From assembly GCA_000008085.1 (NCBI GenBank), contig AE017199.1, positions 300,001 through 332,000 on the forward strand: DNA of 32,000 nt, in the 5' to 3' direction. The translations under genes and the position numbers were made by a program. This DNA is from Nanoarchaeum equitans Kin4-M. Lineage in GTDB: Archaea; Nanobdellota; Nanobdellia; Nanobdellales; Nanoarchaeaceae. Positions 1-9,032 of the stretch are shown here, piece by piece (within the stretch, counting starts at the first letter, position 1; each line of letters opens with the position of its first letter). The notes below the pieces were generated by a model, which did not search any database, was not told where the DNA came from, and saw nothing but the letters and a program-made list of their open reading frames with translations.

Positions 1-1024
1 AAAGCCTCTCCGCTTCTTTTTTTAGTTCTTCAAACCTTTCATCTATTTCTTTCTTTAGTTTATCTCCTATGAAGTAATGGCCAAAAGCATCAACTTTTGC
101 AGCAATAGCAATTTTTGCGGCTAAAGTTCTTGCCATCCTACCTCTTAATTTTTTAGGCAATTTTTGAACATATGGATGGTTAAATAATACTCCATGTTTT
201 GGTGGGGGTGTGCCTTTAGTTAAATGCTTAAACAATGCCTTTTCCGCTCCTAATACTTGGATAGTTGATGCTGGTAAGTAAGCTAATTCTTTTAAACCGC
301 CAGCTAAAGCTAATAACCTCGCTCCAACTAATGGTCCAGCAATAGCTGTTACATTTGGGGCATACCTCTCCATCATTTGTTTTATGTAATTTTGTAATTG
401 CTTTCTAAATTCATACATATCTTTTATTCTTTGAGCGAAAGTCATTAATATTTGTTTGCTTTCCTCATCTATATTACCACCCATTGTTTTGTCTAAGCCC
501 AATTCTTTTAACCATTCTTCTCTCGGTTTCTCTAATACCGCTTTCACAAATTGCTCGTGGTCTTCAAATTTTTTACTTAATTCTGGGAAATATAATTCAT
601 ACCATTCTCTAAACCTTTCCATCATTAAGTTTAATATTTTATTAGTATCGTCCAAAGCTTTTATTGCTTGTATTATTAACCAGTCATGGCTAACACTTTC
701 ACTTAGCTCTCTTATTGTTACCTCGTATTGCACATCTCTAATATAAGAGAAATTATCATTTTCTCTCGCATAGAATAGAGCTTTATTTATTAGTTTTGTG
801 TTTAAATCTAAGGGCAAATCTAATCCCTTATAAGCCCTTCCTAATATTTTTAATTCATATTTGCTTTTAAGTTTGTCAATTTCTCCTTTTAGTGATTCTG
901 GTAATATTCCTTTTTTTAATTTGTATGCTTCTTCTTCACTAAATTCCATTGGCTTATATTCCAATAAAGTACCATCTTCATCTAAAACATATAGGCCATT
1001 CAAATGTATAAATAGGTAAGCCAT
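1..1024 (-). CDS. NOP5/NOP56-like C/D-box RNP core protein (partial, continues past window start)
   Basis: Minus-strand reading from ATG at 1024 gives [18 protein letters not shown]... and the family signature ...[61 protein letters not shown]...; not in the ORF track because it has no stop in the window. Confidence 0.93.
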   Translation of the reverse strand, partial: [341 protein letters not shown]

Positions 1025-1095
1025 TTAGCTTTGTTAGACCATTATTTATAACTTTATTGCCATTTGCTTTTTAAAGAGCTATTGCATAAAATAGA

Positions 1096-1506
1096 ATGAG
1101 AGACGACTGGTTTAGAAGGTTGTTAAGAGATATCTTTATGTTAGAAAGAGATCTATTAGAGAACTTTGATATGGGATTTGATTATGCAATTCCGGGAATG
1201 CAAATGAGAGAAACAGAAAGCTATTACATTATTACTATACCATTACCAGGAGTAAGGAAAGAAGACATTAATTTATATTTAGATGGGAACAATTTGGTTA
1301 TTGATGTCCACTCTAAGGCCAAAGAAGAGAGGAAAGAGAAAAACGAATATTTCGTTAATGTAGGAGAGATACATTTACATAGGGAGATACCATTGCCAGC
1401 GAATGCCGATCCTAATTCTATAGAAGCAGAGTATAGGAACGGTTTGTTAGTAATTAGAATAAAGAAAACCAACCAATTCAGAGGAAGAAGGATCCCTATA
1501 AAATAA
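1096..1506 (+). CDS. hsp20: Hsp20/alpha-crystallin family small heat shock protein
   Basis: 136 aa; alpha-crystallin features ITIPLPGVRKEDINLYLDGNNLVI and GLLVIRIKK. Confidence 0.9.
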   Translation: MRDDWFRRLLRDIFMLERDLLENFDMGFDYAIPGMQMRETESYYIITIPLPGVRKEDINLYLDGNNLVIDVHSKAKEERKEKNEYFVNVGEIHLHREIPLPANADPNSIEAEYRNGLLVIRIKKTNQFRGRRIPIK

Positions 1507-2014
1507 ATCCTTTTGCTTTCAAATTAATTATTTTATATAACAAATCATAACAGCAACCCCTAGAACTTATATAGTTTCCATCGAAAAATAAATCTGTTTT
1601 TATTGTGTTTACTCCATGGTCTCTTAGATATTGTTCAAACTGAGGAAATTCTAAATAATCCCAAGTTGTTTTTTTGCCCTTAATTAGTTTTTGCTCTGCT
1701 AAAAATATTGGAGCGGTTCTAATAGCTACCACTGTGCCTTTAGTTAATAGATAGCCTATCAATTCTTTCAATTCTATTACGTTAAAGCTTTCATAATCAT
1801 AATAGCTTATTAATATAGCTATGTCGAATTGTTTATATGGGGACAAATCCTCAAATTTGTAATCGGGCATAATTTTAGTATTTTTTATTCCTGTTACACT
1901 ATACCCTTTCGGGGTTGCAACTTTTATATCGTAATTATCTTGGTCAAACCTTTTATATAACTCTAAAAAATCGTCATCATAAAAATGATCCGTTAATAGA
2001 AAAAGAACTCTCAT
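1496..2014 (-). CDS. DJ-1/PfpI-like (class I amidotransferase-like) protein with divergent nucleophile elbow
   Basis: Overall layout KVATPKGY... / GTVVAIRTAPIFLAEQKLIKGKKTTWDY / YISSRG resembles DJ-1/PfpI, but the usual A-I-C-H-G-P motif reads AIRTAP. Confidence 0.65.
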   Translation of the reverse strand: MRVLFLLTDHFYDDDFLELYKRFDQDNYDIKVATPKGYSVTGIKNTKIMPDYKFEDLSPYKQFDIAILISYYDYESFNVIELKELIGYLLTKGTVVAIRTAPIFLAEQKLIKGKKTTWDYLEFPQFEQYLRDHGVNTIKTDLFFDGNYISSRGCCYDLLYKIINLKAKGFIL

Positions 2015-2043
2015 TAAAATGAATTAGAAATTAATTAAAAAAT

Positions 2044-3954
2044 TTAGAAGAATTGTTGGTCTTTTCTCATTTCGTTCATGTATTCTCTACTATAGTGAGC
2101 TCTGGTCCAGAATTCTTTCTTTCTATAGGGGTTCCAGTTCTTTAATGGTCTGTAATAACCTATTATTCTAGACCATATCTCTACATCTGTGCTACCACAG
2201 GATGGGCATTGTGTGTACAAACCAGTGTAGCTCTTTTTACAATGGTTACATACTGTTATTGCTGGAGTGAATGACCAATATACTATTTTGGTTTTTAGTA
2301 TTTTCTTGGTTAATGCCGCTAATGCATCTGGTTCTGGTTGTTCTCCTAAGAATATGTGCATCATTACACCTCCAGTAAATTCTGGTTGTACCATAGATTC
2401 TATTCTTATTCTGTCGGACAATTCTAATGCTCCATAATATGGAGCAACGCTTGTTGAGTATATTGGGTTTTCTGGATCGTTTAAATAATTCAATACTTCT
2501 GGGTATTTCTTAGCATCAGCTATTGCCAATTTAGCTGCAGCACTTTCGCCGGGTACTTCTTCAACATTCCATGGAGTGCCATCCATTTTCATCCATTCTC
2601 TAGCATACTTTACTGCAAATCTTACCATGTCTCTCATTAGTTTCGCTGCTTCTAACCAATCTTTCCTAGAACCTTCGAACCATAATTCTGGGTTATTCAT
2701 ATATATAGCTGCAGCTTCTGGTAGGCCTATTATACCTATTGTATTGAAGTGTGAGCTTGGGAAGTCCCATAGATAGGAATGGAAGAACTTGTACATCTCT
2801 TTGTGTGTTCTTATTAGTTTTACATATCTTTCTCTGAACCAGTCTTCTATTTCTTTTATGATTGTTAATTTCTCAGCATATAATTCCCAGAACTTGTCAT
2901 CGTCTTTAGCTTCTAATGCCAACCTTGGTAGGTTTATTGTTGTTACTTGTATAGACCCAGTAACATCTGGCATTGCCCATAGCCCACCGAATCTTTGTTT
3001 TTCTATCTCTTTTATTCTCTCATCTTCATCTTTCTTCTTAACGCTAAATGCGAACTTTAATTCGTTCTTATCTATGTTTATCCTACAACACATTGCGAAA
3101 GAAGCATTGGGATCGACAACATTTGTGTTTAACCAATAGAAGCTACCCCTCTTTGCTGCAGTTTTGAATATTGCTTCATATATTTCTGGATCGTTCCATA
3201 GCATTGGGGCAGAGGCCATTAATGTTGGTATTGGGTATGTAAATGGTTGTCCAATTGCGTCGCCCTCTCTTAATACTTCAGTTAATGCTAATAAGAATAG
3301 TTTTGCTTCTTTTTCGTATTCTCCTAATGGGGCAACCTTTTTACCATCATAATAAGCATAGTCCCCTTCTAATATAGAGGTTGCAGCGTCCATTGTTACT
3401 GTGAAGTTTGTGAATGGAGATTGCATTCCAATCCTAGATGGGTAGTTTAAGTTGAATACCATTCTTTGTATGTTTTGTTTTATTTGTTTGTAGTCTAACC
3501 TATCATTTCTAATGAATGGTCCAGCATACCATTCTACAGAGCTAAATGCTTGTGCCCCAGTAAAGTGTTGTTGTGCAATTATTAAGAAATTAGCTACATG
3601 GTCTACAAATGTATCGAAATGTTTAGCTGGTTTAGATATAACTGTTGGTGTAATCATACCTTTTTCTAATACTCTCGCTAAGGAATGTCCAGAACAATAT
3701 GGAACATATAATGCTAAAGGTAACTTATGTATATAAATGTCTTTGTTTAAGTGTGCTTTCAATGGTCTCTCTGGCATTATTGTTAAATGTTCTTCCATTG
3801 CCTTTTCTAATACATAAGCGAAGAAACCTGTTGGACCAGGGTATTGGTTAGCGTTTTCCAATACTTCTAGGGAATTCCTTTGTACATACTCTGTAAACAA
3901 ATCTTTGGGCTTTGCCTCTACATTTTCTGGTTTTTTAACTTCTATTGGGTTCAT
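2044..3954 (-). CDS. nrdD: Anaerobic ribonucleoside-triphosphate reductase
   Basis: 636 aa; C-terminal Zn-binding VCNHCKKSYTGLYTQCPSCGS and RIIGYYRPLKNWNPYRKKEFWTR glycyl-radical-type C-terminus. Confidence 0.93.
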   Translation of the reverse strand: MNPIEVKKPENVEAKPKDLFTEYVQRNSLEVLENANQYPGPTGFFAYVLEKAMEEHLTIMPERPLKAHLNKDIYIHKLPLALYVPYCSGHSLARVLEKGMITPTVISKPAKHFDTFVDHVANFLIIAQQHFTGAQAFSSVEWYAGPFIRNDRLDYKQIKQNIQRMVFNLNYPSRIGMQSPFTNFTVTMDAATSILEGDYAYYDGKKVAPLGEYEKEAKLFLLALTEVLREGDAIGQPFTYPIPTLMASAPMLWNDPEIYEAIFKTAAKRGSFYWLNTNVVDPNASFAMCCRINIDKNELKFAFSVKKKDEDERIKEIEKQRFGGLWAMPDVTGSIQVTTINLPRLALEAKDDDKFWELYAEKLTIIKEIEDWFRERYVKLIRTHKEMYKFFHSYLWDFPSSHFNTIGIIGLPEAAAIYMNNPELWFEGSRKDWLEAAKLMRDMVRFAVKYAREWMKMDGTPWNVEEVPGESAAAKLAIADAKKYPEVLNYLNDPENPIYSTSVAPYYGALELSDRIRIESMVQPEFTGGVMMHIFLGEQPEPDALAALTKKILKTKIVYWSFTPAITVCNHCKKSYTGLYTQCPSCGSTDVEIWSRIIGYYRPLKNWNPYRKKEFWTRAHYSREYMNEMRKDQQFF

Positions 3955-4058
3955 AGAGATATAGGATGTTATTTTTTAAGTTAGGAGAAACAGGCTTTTC
4001 TTTAAACAATAACGAAGAATTACAATGGTATTTTTAAATGGTGTGTTATATATGCACT

Positions 4059-4142
4059 GCGGCCGTGCCCGAGCGGTCGAAGGGGTCGGGCTCAAGACCC
4101 GATGGGTTAGTCCCGTCCGGGGTTCGAATCCCCGCGGCCGCA
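4059..4142 (+). tRNA. tRNA-Leu (CAA)
   Basis: Acceptor GCGGCCG/CGGCCGC, anticodon stem TCGGG/CCCGA with loop CTCAAGA, long variable arm, T-arm CGGGG-TTCGAAT-CCCCG; CCA not encoded. Confidence 0.93.
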
Positions 4143-5006
4143 TTTGGTAATTTTATCTGCCACTTCTATAGGCAATAAATATTTTTTAGAATTCCATTCC
4201 TTTATAAACTCTTTCAGAAACTCTAAATTTGTTCTATTTCCAATAGTTACATAATGCCCAACAAAATAACCGACTGGCATATTATGGGCATAAATTATAT
4301 TGTTCTTTATTTTCCCATATAGCAATTTTTTAGCATCTCCAATTGTGGGCAAATCTAAGACGGTTCCAACAAAAGTTGCTAAGCCCATTTTTCTAGGATG
4401 GGAAAGGCCATGTCCATTAATTATATATAAGGCAGTGTAGTCTAAATCTTTTAGTATATTTACAATAGGGATTCCTTCCCGGAAAGATAGATATGTTGGT
4501 ATATAAGGAAACTCTATATTATGTTTGCAGGTTTTGGTTTCTATTAGCTTTTTGTTTTTGTCAAATATGGCTAAGGCTATAATATTATTTTTGTACCCAA
4601 TGTCTATTCCAATAACATAATCATATTCGGGATAATCAAATTTTATTTTGTTTACCAAATATTCCTGTATTTTTTGCAATTCTAATAAAGGTTTGCTCGA
4701 TTTGAAATCCTTAAATATTGGGGCATAAACTTTGTTTCCTATTATTTTAACTTCTTTCTCTAACAAAGCTTTTTGCATAGGGCTTACTATTAAATTAGAG
4801 CTTACAACCCTATACCAATGAGGAGCTTTTTTATAATACATTGCTACAAACTTTGTTGCTATTGGGTCTCCTAAAGCTTTGGCCAATTCTTTAAATGTGG
4901 TAACATAGCCCTTGGGTATTTGCTCTATTAAGTTTATTAGTTCGTTTATTAATCGTTTGCCAAACTTGTTCCAATAATTTATATCTAATAATTTAGAAGA
5001 AAGCAA
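4107..5006 (-). CDS. Fusion: alkyltransferase-like (ATL/MGMT DNA-binding) domain + endonuclease V domain
   Basis: N-term IPKGYVTTFKELAKALGDPIATKFV...PHWYRVV (AGT/ATL-like); C-term YVIGIDIGY...PYIPTYLSFREG...INGHGLSHPRKMGLATFVGTVLDLPTIGDAKKLL (EndoV-like). Last codons are read antisense through tRNA-Leu. Confidence 0.85.
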   Translation of the reverse strand: MLSSKLLDINYWNKFGKRLINELINLIEQIPKGYVTTFKELAKALGDPIATKFVAMYYKKAPHWYRVVSSNLIVSPMQKALLEKEVKIIGNKVYAPIFKDFKSSKPLLELQKIQEYLVNKIKFDYPEYDYVIGIDIGYKNNIIALAIFDKNKKLIETKTCKHNIEFPYIPTYLSFREGIPIVNILKDLDYTALYIINGHGLSHPRKMGLATFVGTVLDLPTIGDAKKLLYGKIKNNIIYAHNMPVGYFVGHYVTIGNRTNLEFLKEFIKEWNSKKYLLPIEVADKITKCGRGDSNPGRD

Positions 5007-5229
5007 GTAGTCTTTTGTCTGGCAATTTATCTTTGTCTTTCTCTGGATCTAATTCGTATACCCTTTCTATATGGATTTGGGTTTTCTTTAGTTTATGGTT
5101 ACTCCCTAAAATTGAGTAAGTATAGAATATAGCATCTTCTTTCTTTAATGCTATGAAATACTTCTTAAATCTAAATTTTAGAGAGCCTTTCTTTGCATAA
5201 CCCTCAACAACAAAAACTTTCTTTTCCAT
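4993..5229 (-). CDS. rpl18a: Large subunit ribosomal protein LX/eL18a-type
   Basis: 78 aa; VVEGYAKKGSLKFRFKKYFIALKKEDAIFYTYSILGSNHKLKKTQIHI matches L18ae/LX pattern. Confidence 0.8.
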   Translation of the reverse strand: MEKKVFVVEGYAKKGSLKFRFKKYFIALKKEDAIFYTYSILGSNHKLKKTQIHIERVYELDPEKDKDKLPDKRLLAFF

Positions 5230-5258
5230 GAGAGATTATTTTTATGGGAATTAAAAAT

Positions 5259-6059
5259 TTATACAAAAATTATTGATGCATACCCTACAACTAACGAATA
5301 ATCCCCAGTAACATCACCACTTGTATAATAATCTAATAGTATTGGTTCCAAACCCCTTTCTTTAGCAAACTCTATTACAGAAACTATGGGTCCCCAACCG
5401 CATACGGTAGCGCCAGTCCTTACAATTTCTTTATAAAATCCTAGGCTATCTAATTTTAGTATATAGCTTATTAGCTTCATATCTAATTCTTTAACTTTTC
5501 TTCCATCGCTAAAGGGTTTATATCCATATATGTCACCATAATGAGTAAAATCGCTCGAAGCCACTAATCTAACCCTTTCTGGCAATTCCAATGCTAATTG
5601 TTTACCAACTTCTTTTGCAAATCTATATACATTAAACATAACCGATGGCACTATTAAGAAATTATCTCCATGCAAATATTGTAAAAATGGGATTTGGTTT
5701 TCTACACTATGCTCGTATAAAAATGGCCTATCATCATAATCGAAGCCATTTTTCATAAATATCATCGCTGCCTCTTCATCTATTTTGGCTATGCCTAATG
5801 GGGTTTCTATAGGCATTAAAGATACATTAGCCAAGCTCCCTAAACCTGTATGGTTTGTTCCTATTATTGCATAGGTTTTATTTCTATCGCTATTAATCCA
5901 GAATTCTGCCATGGCTTTACCGGAATATATATAGCCTGCATGAGGAACTATGCCTGCTTTTAATGAATACTCTTTTTTTAGTCCTTTAAATAATTCGTTT
6001 AGCAAAGCTATTAGTTGTTCCCTATTGGATGGATAAAACTTACCAGCTGCGAATCCCAT
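5259..6059 (-). CDS. MEMO1 family protein
   Basis: 266 aa; AGKFYPS, GIVPHAGYIYSGKAMAEFW, GTNHTG, ASSDFTHYG, WGPIVSVIEFAK motifs typical of MEMO/AmmeMemoRadiSam system B. Confidence 0.9.
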   Translation of the reverse strand: MGFAAGKFYPSNREQLIALLNELFKGLKKEYSLKAGIVPHAGYIYSGKAMAEFWINSDRNKTYAIIGTNHTGLGSLANVSLMPIETPLGIAKIDEEAAMIFMKNGFDYDDRPFLYEHSVENQIPFLQYLHGDNFLIVPSVMFNVYRFAKEVGKQLALELPERVRLVASSDFTHYGDIYGYKPFSDGRKVKELDMKLISYILKLDSLGFYKEIVRTGATVCGWGPIVSVIEFAKERGLEPILLDYYTSGDVTGDYSLVVGYASIIFV

Positions 6060-6081
6060 TAAATAATTTATATGTAAGAAT

Positions 6082-6309
6082 TTATAAACCCCTTAGCTCT
6101 TCTAAAGCTAATCTAACGTCTTGTTCTTTAACTGTTACTCTTTTTGCGTGTTTTGCTAATTCTGCAGCTCTCCTTGCTACTCTCTTAGCAATCTCTACGG
6201 CAACTTCTACAAAAGCTTCTTTAGCATCCTTTGTTACTCTCTTTGCACCTGCTTGTCTCATTATCCTATACAATGGCGCGACTGGGAATGGGTATTTTCT
6301 TTTCGCCAT
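6082..6309 (-). CDS. Archaeal histone
   Basis: 75 aa; FPVAPLYRIMRQAGAKRVTKDAKEAFVEVAVEIAKRVARRAAELAKHAKRVTVKEQDVRLAL histone fold. Confidence 0.93.
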   Translation of the reverse strand: MAKRKYPFPVAPLYRIMRQAGAKRVTKDAKEAFVEVAVEIAKRVARRAAELAKHAKRVTVKEQDVRLALEELRGL

Positions 6310-6334
6310 ACAATATTTTATTTTAGCTCATTAT

Positions 6335-8137
6335 TTAAAGCTTTTTGTCTGGTTTCGCCCCAACCAAATTAAGAGCTTCGTCTATGGTCGATACCCCATA
6401 TATATTAATATTATTGAAATACTCTTTTGGTACATCCTTTAGGTTTTGTTTAGGAATAATGATATTCTTAAAACCTTCTTCGATGGCCCCTTCTATTTTA
6501 GGTATTATTCCCCCCACGGGTAATACCCTACCTTTAACATCTATACTGCCTGTAATTACAAAGGATTGATCTAATGGGGTTTTAGTTAAAGCACTTATGG
6601 TTGCTAAAGCGATAGCCAAAGAAGCAGAGTCCCCTTCTATTTCTTCGTAAGTTTGTACAAATTGCACATAAATGTCATACTCTTTTATGTCCTTACCAAA
6701 GACGCTTTTTACATAGCCTTCGATAGTTTTTATTGCTTGTTCTGCTATTTTTCCTAAAATACCAGAAGTTATTATTTTGCCATTTCCATAGGCAACATTA
6801 ACATCTATTGGTATTATTACCCCTTTGTTTCCAATAACGCCTATGCCATTGGCTCTACCAATTTCGTATCCTTCTTTTATTACTATGTCATACCTTCTCC
6901 TAAGTTCTTTAATTCTTTCCACGATTTGTTCCTCTATAGATTGGCCTATCCTTTCCGCTTCTATAACATCTTCCTTAGTTACATATTTTTTACCTTTGCT
7001 TTTTGCTATATCTCCTGCCAACCTAACATAGCCCCCCAATTCTCTAAGCCTTAATGTTAGATATCCTTCTCTTCCCGCTAATTTTTTGGCTATATTTATT
7101 ATTTCTTCTACAGCATCCCTAGTAAAATGTGGTATTTTGCCATCCCTCATTATTTCTTGTGCCACAAACCTAGCGAGTTTTTCCCTATTCTCTGGGGTAT
7201 CTGGCATGTCTTCATTCATATAAACTTCGAAACCATTCCCTTTGATACGGGATCTTAAAGCTGGGTGCATATTTTTTATAGCTTCCTCTGTACCTGCTGC
7301 TACCAAAATAAAATCACATGGTGCAGGAGTGGTTCTTACTATTGAGCCCCCACTTCTTTCATCTCTCCCAAATATAGGATATTTTTTCTCTTGCATCGCT
7401 ACTAATAATTCGTATTGAACATCCCATGGGAGAGTAGCTATTTCATCAATAAACAAAACTCCTTTATGTGCTTTATGTATTAAACCTGGTACAACTCTAT
7501 GGTGGGCAGGGGTTTCTAAACCCCCGCTTTGGAATGGGTCATGTAAAACATTACCGAATAGTTGAGATGGATTTGCCCCGGTTGCATCAACGAATGGCGC
7601 ATGTTTTTTGTCAGAATTATCTATTAATAGTTTGGGTATACTTTCCAATAATTTTCTCTTATTCATTACATTAAATCCTAATGATAAGCCTACTAACAAA
7701 ATAGAAGACATTATCATCGATGCCGCAGCAAGAATTTTTTCGCCAGTATAGTAAAAATAGAAAGGCATTAACAATGCTATTAAAGCGATTATTGCTGTTA
7801 ATTGATTTTTCCCCTTTAGGGCATTTAAAGCAGCAATTTTACTTCTTTCAACGATTTTTTTACCTTCCCCTGCTGGGACAGTTTTAATTATTGGTTGAAA
7901 CTCATCTTTCGGATTAGGAAAAGCTAAGAAATCCTCTAAACCCTCTTTAGGTAAAAGCTCTGCCATTGCTTTAGCTAGCATAGATTTACCTGTACCAGGA
8001 GGGCCGATTAGAAGCAAATGTCTTCTATTTTGGATAGCCATCTTAGCTAATTTGACAGCTTTATCTTGGCCAATAATTTGGTCTATCAATTTTTTTGGAA
8101 CTTTTATTTCTTCAGTAGTTTTAAAATCCATTGGCAT
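6335..8137 (-). CDS. lonB: Archaeal membrane-anchored Lon protease (LonB)
   Basis: Walker A GPPGTGKS, two TM segments inserted in the AAA+ domain, C-terminal Lon Ser/Lys protease domain with EGDSASLA and TGSIDVKGRVLPVGG. Confidence 0.95.
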   Translation of the reverse strand: MPMDFKTTEEIKVPKKLIDQIIGQDKAVKLAKMAIQNRRHLLLIGPPGTGKSMLAKAMAELLPKEGLEDFLAFPNPKDEFQPIIKTVPAGEGKKIVERSKIAALNALKGKNQLTAIIALIALLMPFYFYYTGEKILAAASMIMSSILLVGLSLGFNVMNKRKLLESIPKLLIDNSDKKHAPFVDATGANPSQLFGNVLHDPFQSGGLETPAHHRVVPGLIHKAHKGVLFIDEIATLPWDVQYELLVAMQEKKYPIFGRDERSGGSIVRTTPAPCDFILVAAGTEEAIKNMHPALRSRIKGNGFEVYMNEDMPDTPENREKLARFVAQEIMRDGKIPHFTRDAVEEIINIAKKLAGREGYLTLRLRELGGYVRLAGDIAKSKGKKYVTKEDVIEAERIGQSIEEQIVERIKELRRRYDIVIKEGYEIGRANGIGVIGNKGVIIPIDVNVAYGNGKIITSGILGKIAEQAIKTIEGYVKSVFGKDIKEYDIYVQFVQTYEEIEGDSASLAIALATISALTKTPLDQSFVITGSIDVKGRVLPVGGIIPKIEGAIEEGFKNIIIPKQNLKDVPKEYFNNINIYGVSTIDEALNLVGAKPDKKL

Positions 8138-8162
8138 AAAAGGGCTAAAATAATTAAATATT

Positions 8163-8483
8163 TTATAGACCTAGCTTTTTTCTAACCTCTGGGTTTACTC
8201 TATCTATAGACCATGGCTTATCAGATATTTCAAATTCGACGTCTAATCCAAATTTTTCTTTTATTTTTGTTTGTATTTCATCAAACATGTATGGTAAATA
8301 AGGACATAAAGGAGTAGTAGGTATGAATTTTATTAGGATTCTGTCGTTTTCTATTATTACATCGTCTATTTCTCCCAAAGAAACAACATCGTAACCGATT
8401 TCTGGATCTATCACTGTTTTTAGCACTTCGTATATTTCTTCTTTAGTAGGTTTCTTTGAATCCTTTGAATCCATAGATAACAA
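8163..8483 (-). CDS. MIP18/DUF59 family protein (Fe-S assembly type)
   Basis: 106 aa; TVIDPEIGYDVVSLGEIDDVII and LIKFIPTTPLCPYLPYM pattern. Confidence 0.85.
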   Translation of the reverse strand: MLSMDSKDSKKPTKEEIYEVLKTVIDPEIGYDVVSLGEIDDVIIENDRILIKFIPTTPLCPYLPYMFDEIQTKIKEKFGLDVEFEISDKPWSIDRVNPEVRKKLGL

Positions 8484-8533
8484 CGTTATACTAATAGCAT
8501 TAAAAATTTTAAATAATCCATTAATAGGGTTTT

Positions 8534-8618
8534 GCCGCCGTGCCCGAGCGGACCAAGGGGTTCGGCTTGAGACCGAATCCCCGATAAGGGGGCGGGGGTT
8601 CGAATCCCCCCGGCGGCG
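8534..8618 (+). tRNA. tRNA-Ser (UGA)
   Basis: Acceptor GCCGCCG/CGGCGGC, anticodon stem TTCGG/CCGAA with loop CTTGAGA, long variable arm, T-arm GGGGG-TTCGAAT-CCCCC. Confidence 0.92.
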
Positions 8619-8652
8619 GCCATATATAAAGCTATCGAAAATATAACACCAT

Positions 8653-8931
8653 ATGCGTTGTATAAAGATTAAGAGATATCTACCTGCGATTAGAAAAATG
8701 GTAGCAATATATTTATATCAAATGGGTTTAACTCAAAATGAGATAGCTTATTTGTTAGAAACGACACAACCTGCTGTATCTAATTATATTAGAGGAAAAA
8801 GAGGCCAAATACAATATAAAGATTTAGAAGAAAAATCAGAGATAATCAAAGAGATGGCCGAAAGGATGGCTAAAGAGAATAAAAAATTAAACGAGATATT
8901 ATGTGAATATTGTCCGAAACTTGTTGGTTAA
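8653..8931 (+). CDS. Small XRE-type helix-turn-helix regulator
   Basis: 92 aa; MGLTQNEIAYLLETTQPAVSNYIRGKRG HTH; C-terminal CEYC. Confidence 0.7.
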   Translation: MRCIKIKRYLPAIRKMVAIYLYQMGLTQNEIAYLLETTQPAVSNYIRGKRGQIQYKDLEEKSEIIKEMAERMAKENKKLNEILCEYCPKLVG

Positions 8932-8962
8932 AAATTTTTAAACCCTTTTATTATTGAATCTC

Positions 8963-9006
8963 GGGCCGGTAGCTCAGCCTGGTTAGAGCGGCGGTGGCCA
9001 TCCCCC
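8963..9006 (+). tRNA. Orphan tRNA 5' half with GC-rich 3' leader (split tRNA; possibly tRNA-Lys)
   Basis: GGGCCGG-TA-GCTC-AGCCTGGTTA-GAGC-G-GCGG is a complete acceptor-5'/D-arm/start of anticodon stem, then TGGCCATCCCCC and T-rich DNA. No matching CCGGCCC acceptor 3' strand in the window. A TATA-like TTTTTAAA lies upstream. Confidence 0.75.
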
Positions 9007-9032
9007 TTTAAATTTTTCTTTTCCTTTCGATA

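Noticed and set aside
2576-3736. Plus-strand ORFs 2576..2776, 2789..3139, 3164..3352, 3512..3736
   Set aside because: Antisense shadows of the strongly supported nrdD gene.
6345-7674. Plus-strand ORFs inside lonB (6345..6569, 6825..7031, 7468..7674) and 6029..6442 over histone
   Set aside because: Antisense to conserved proteins with clear motifs; compositions are not coding-like.
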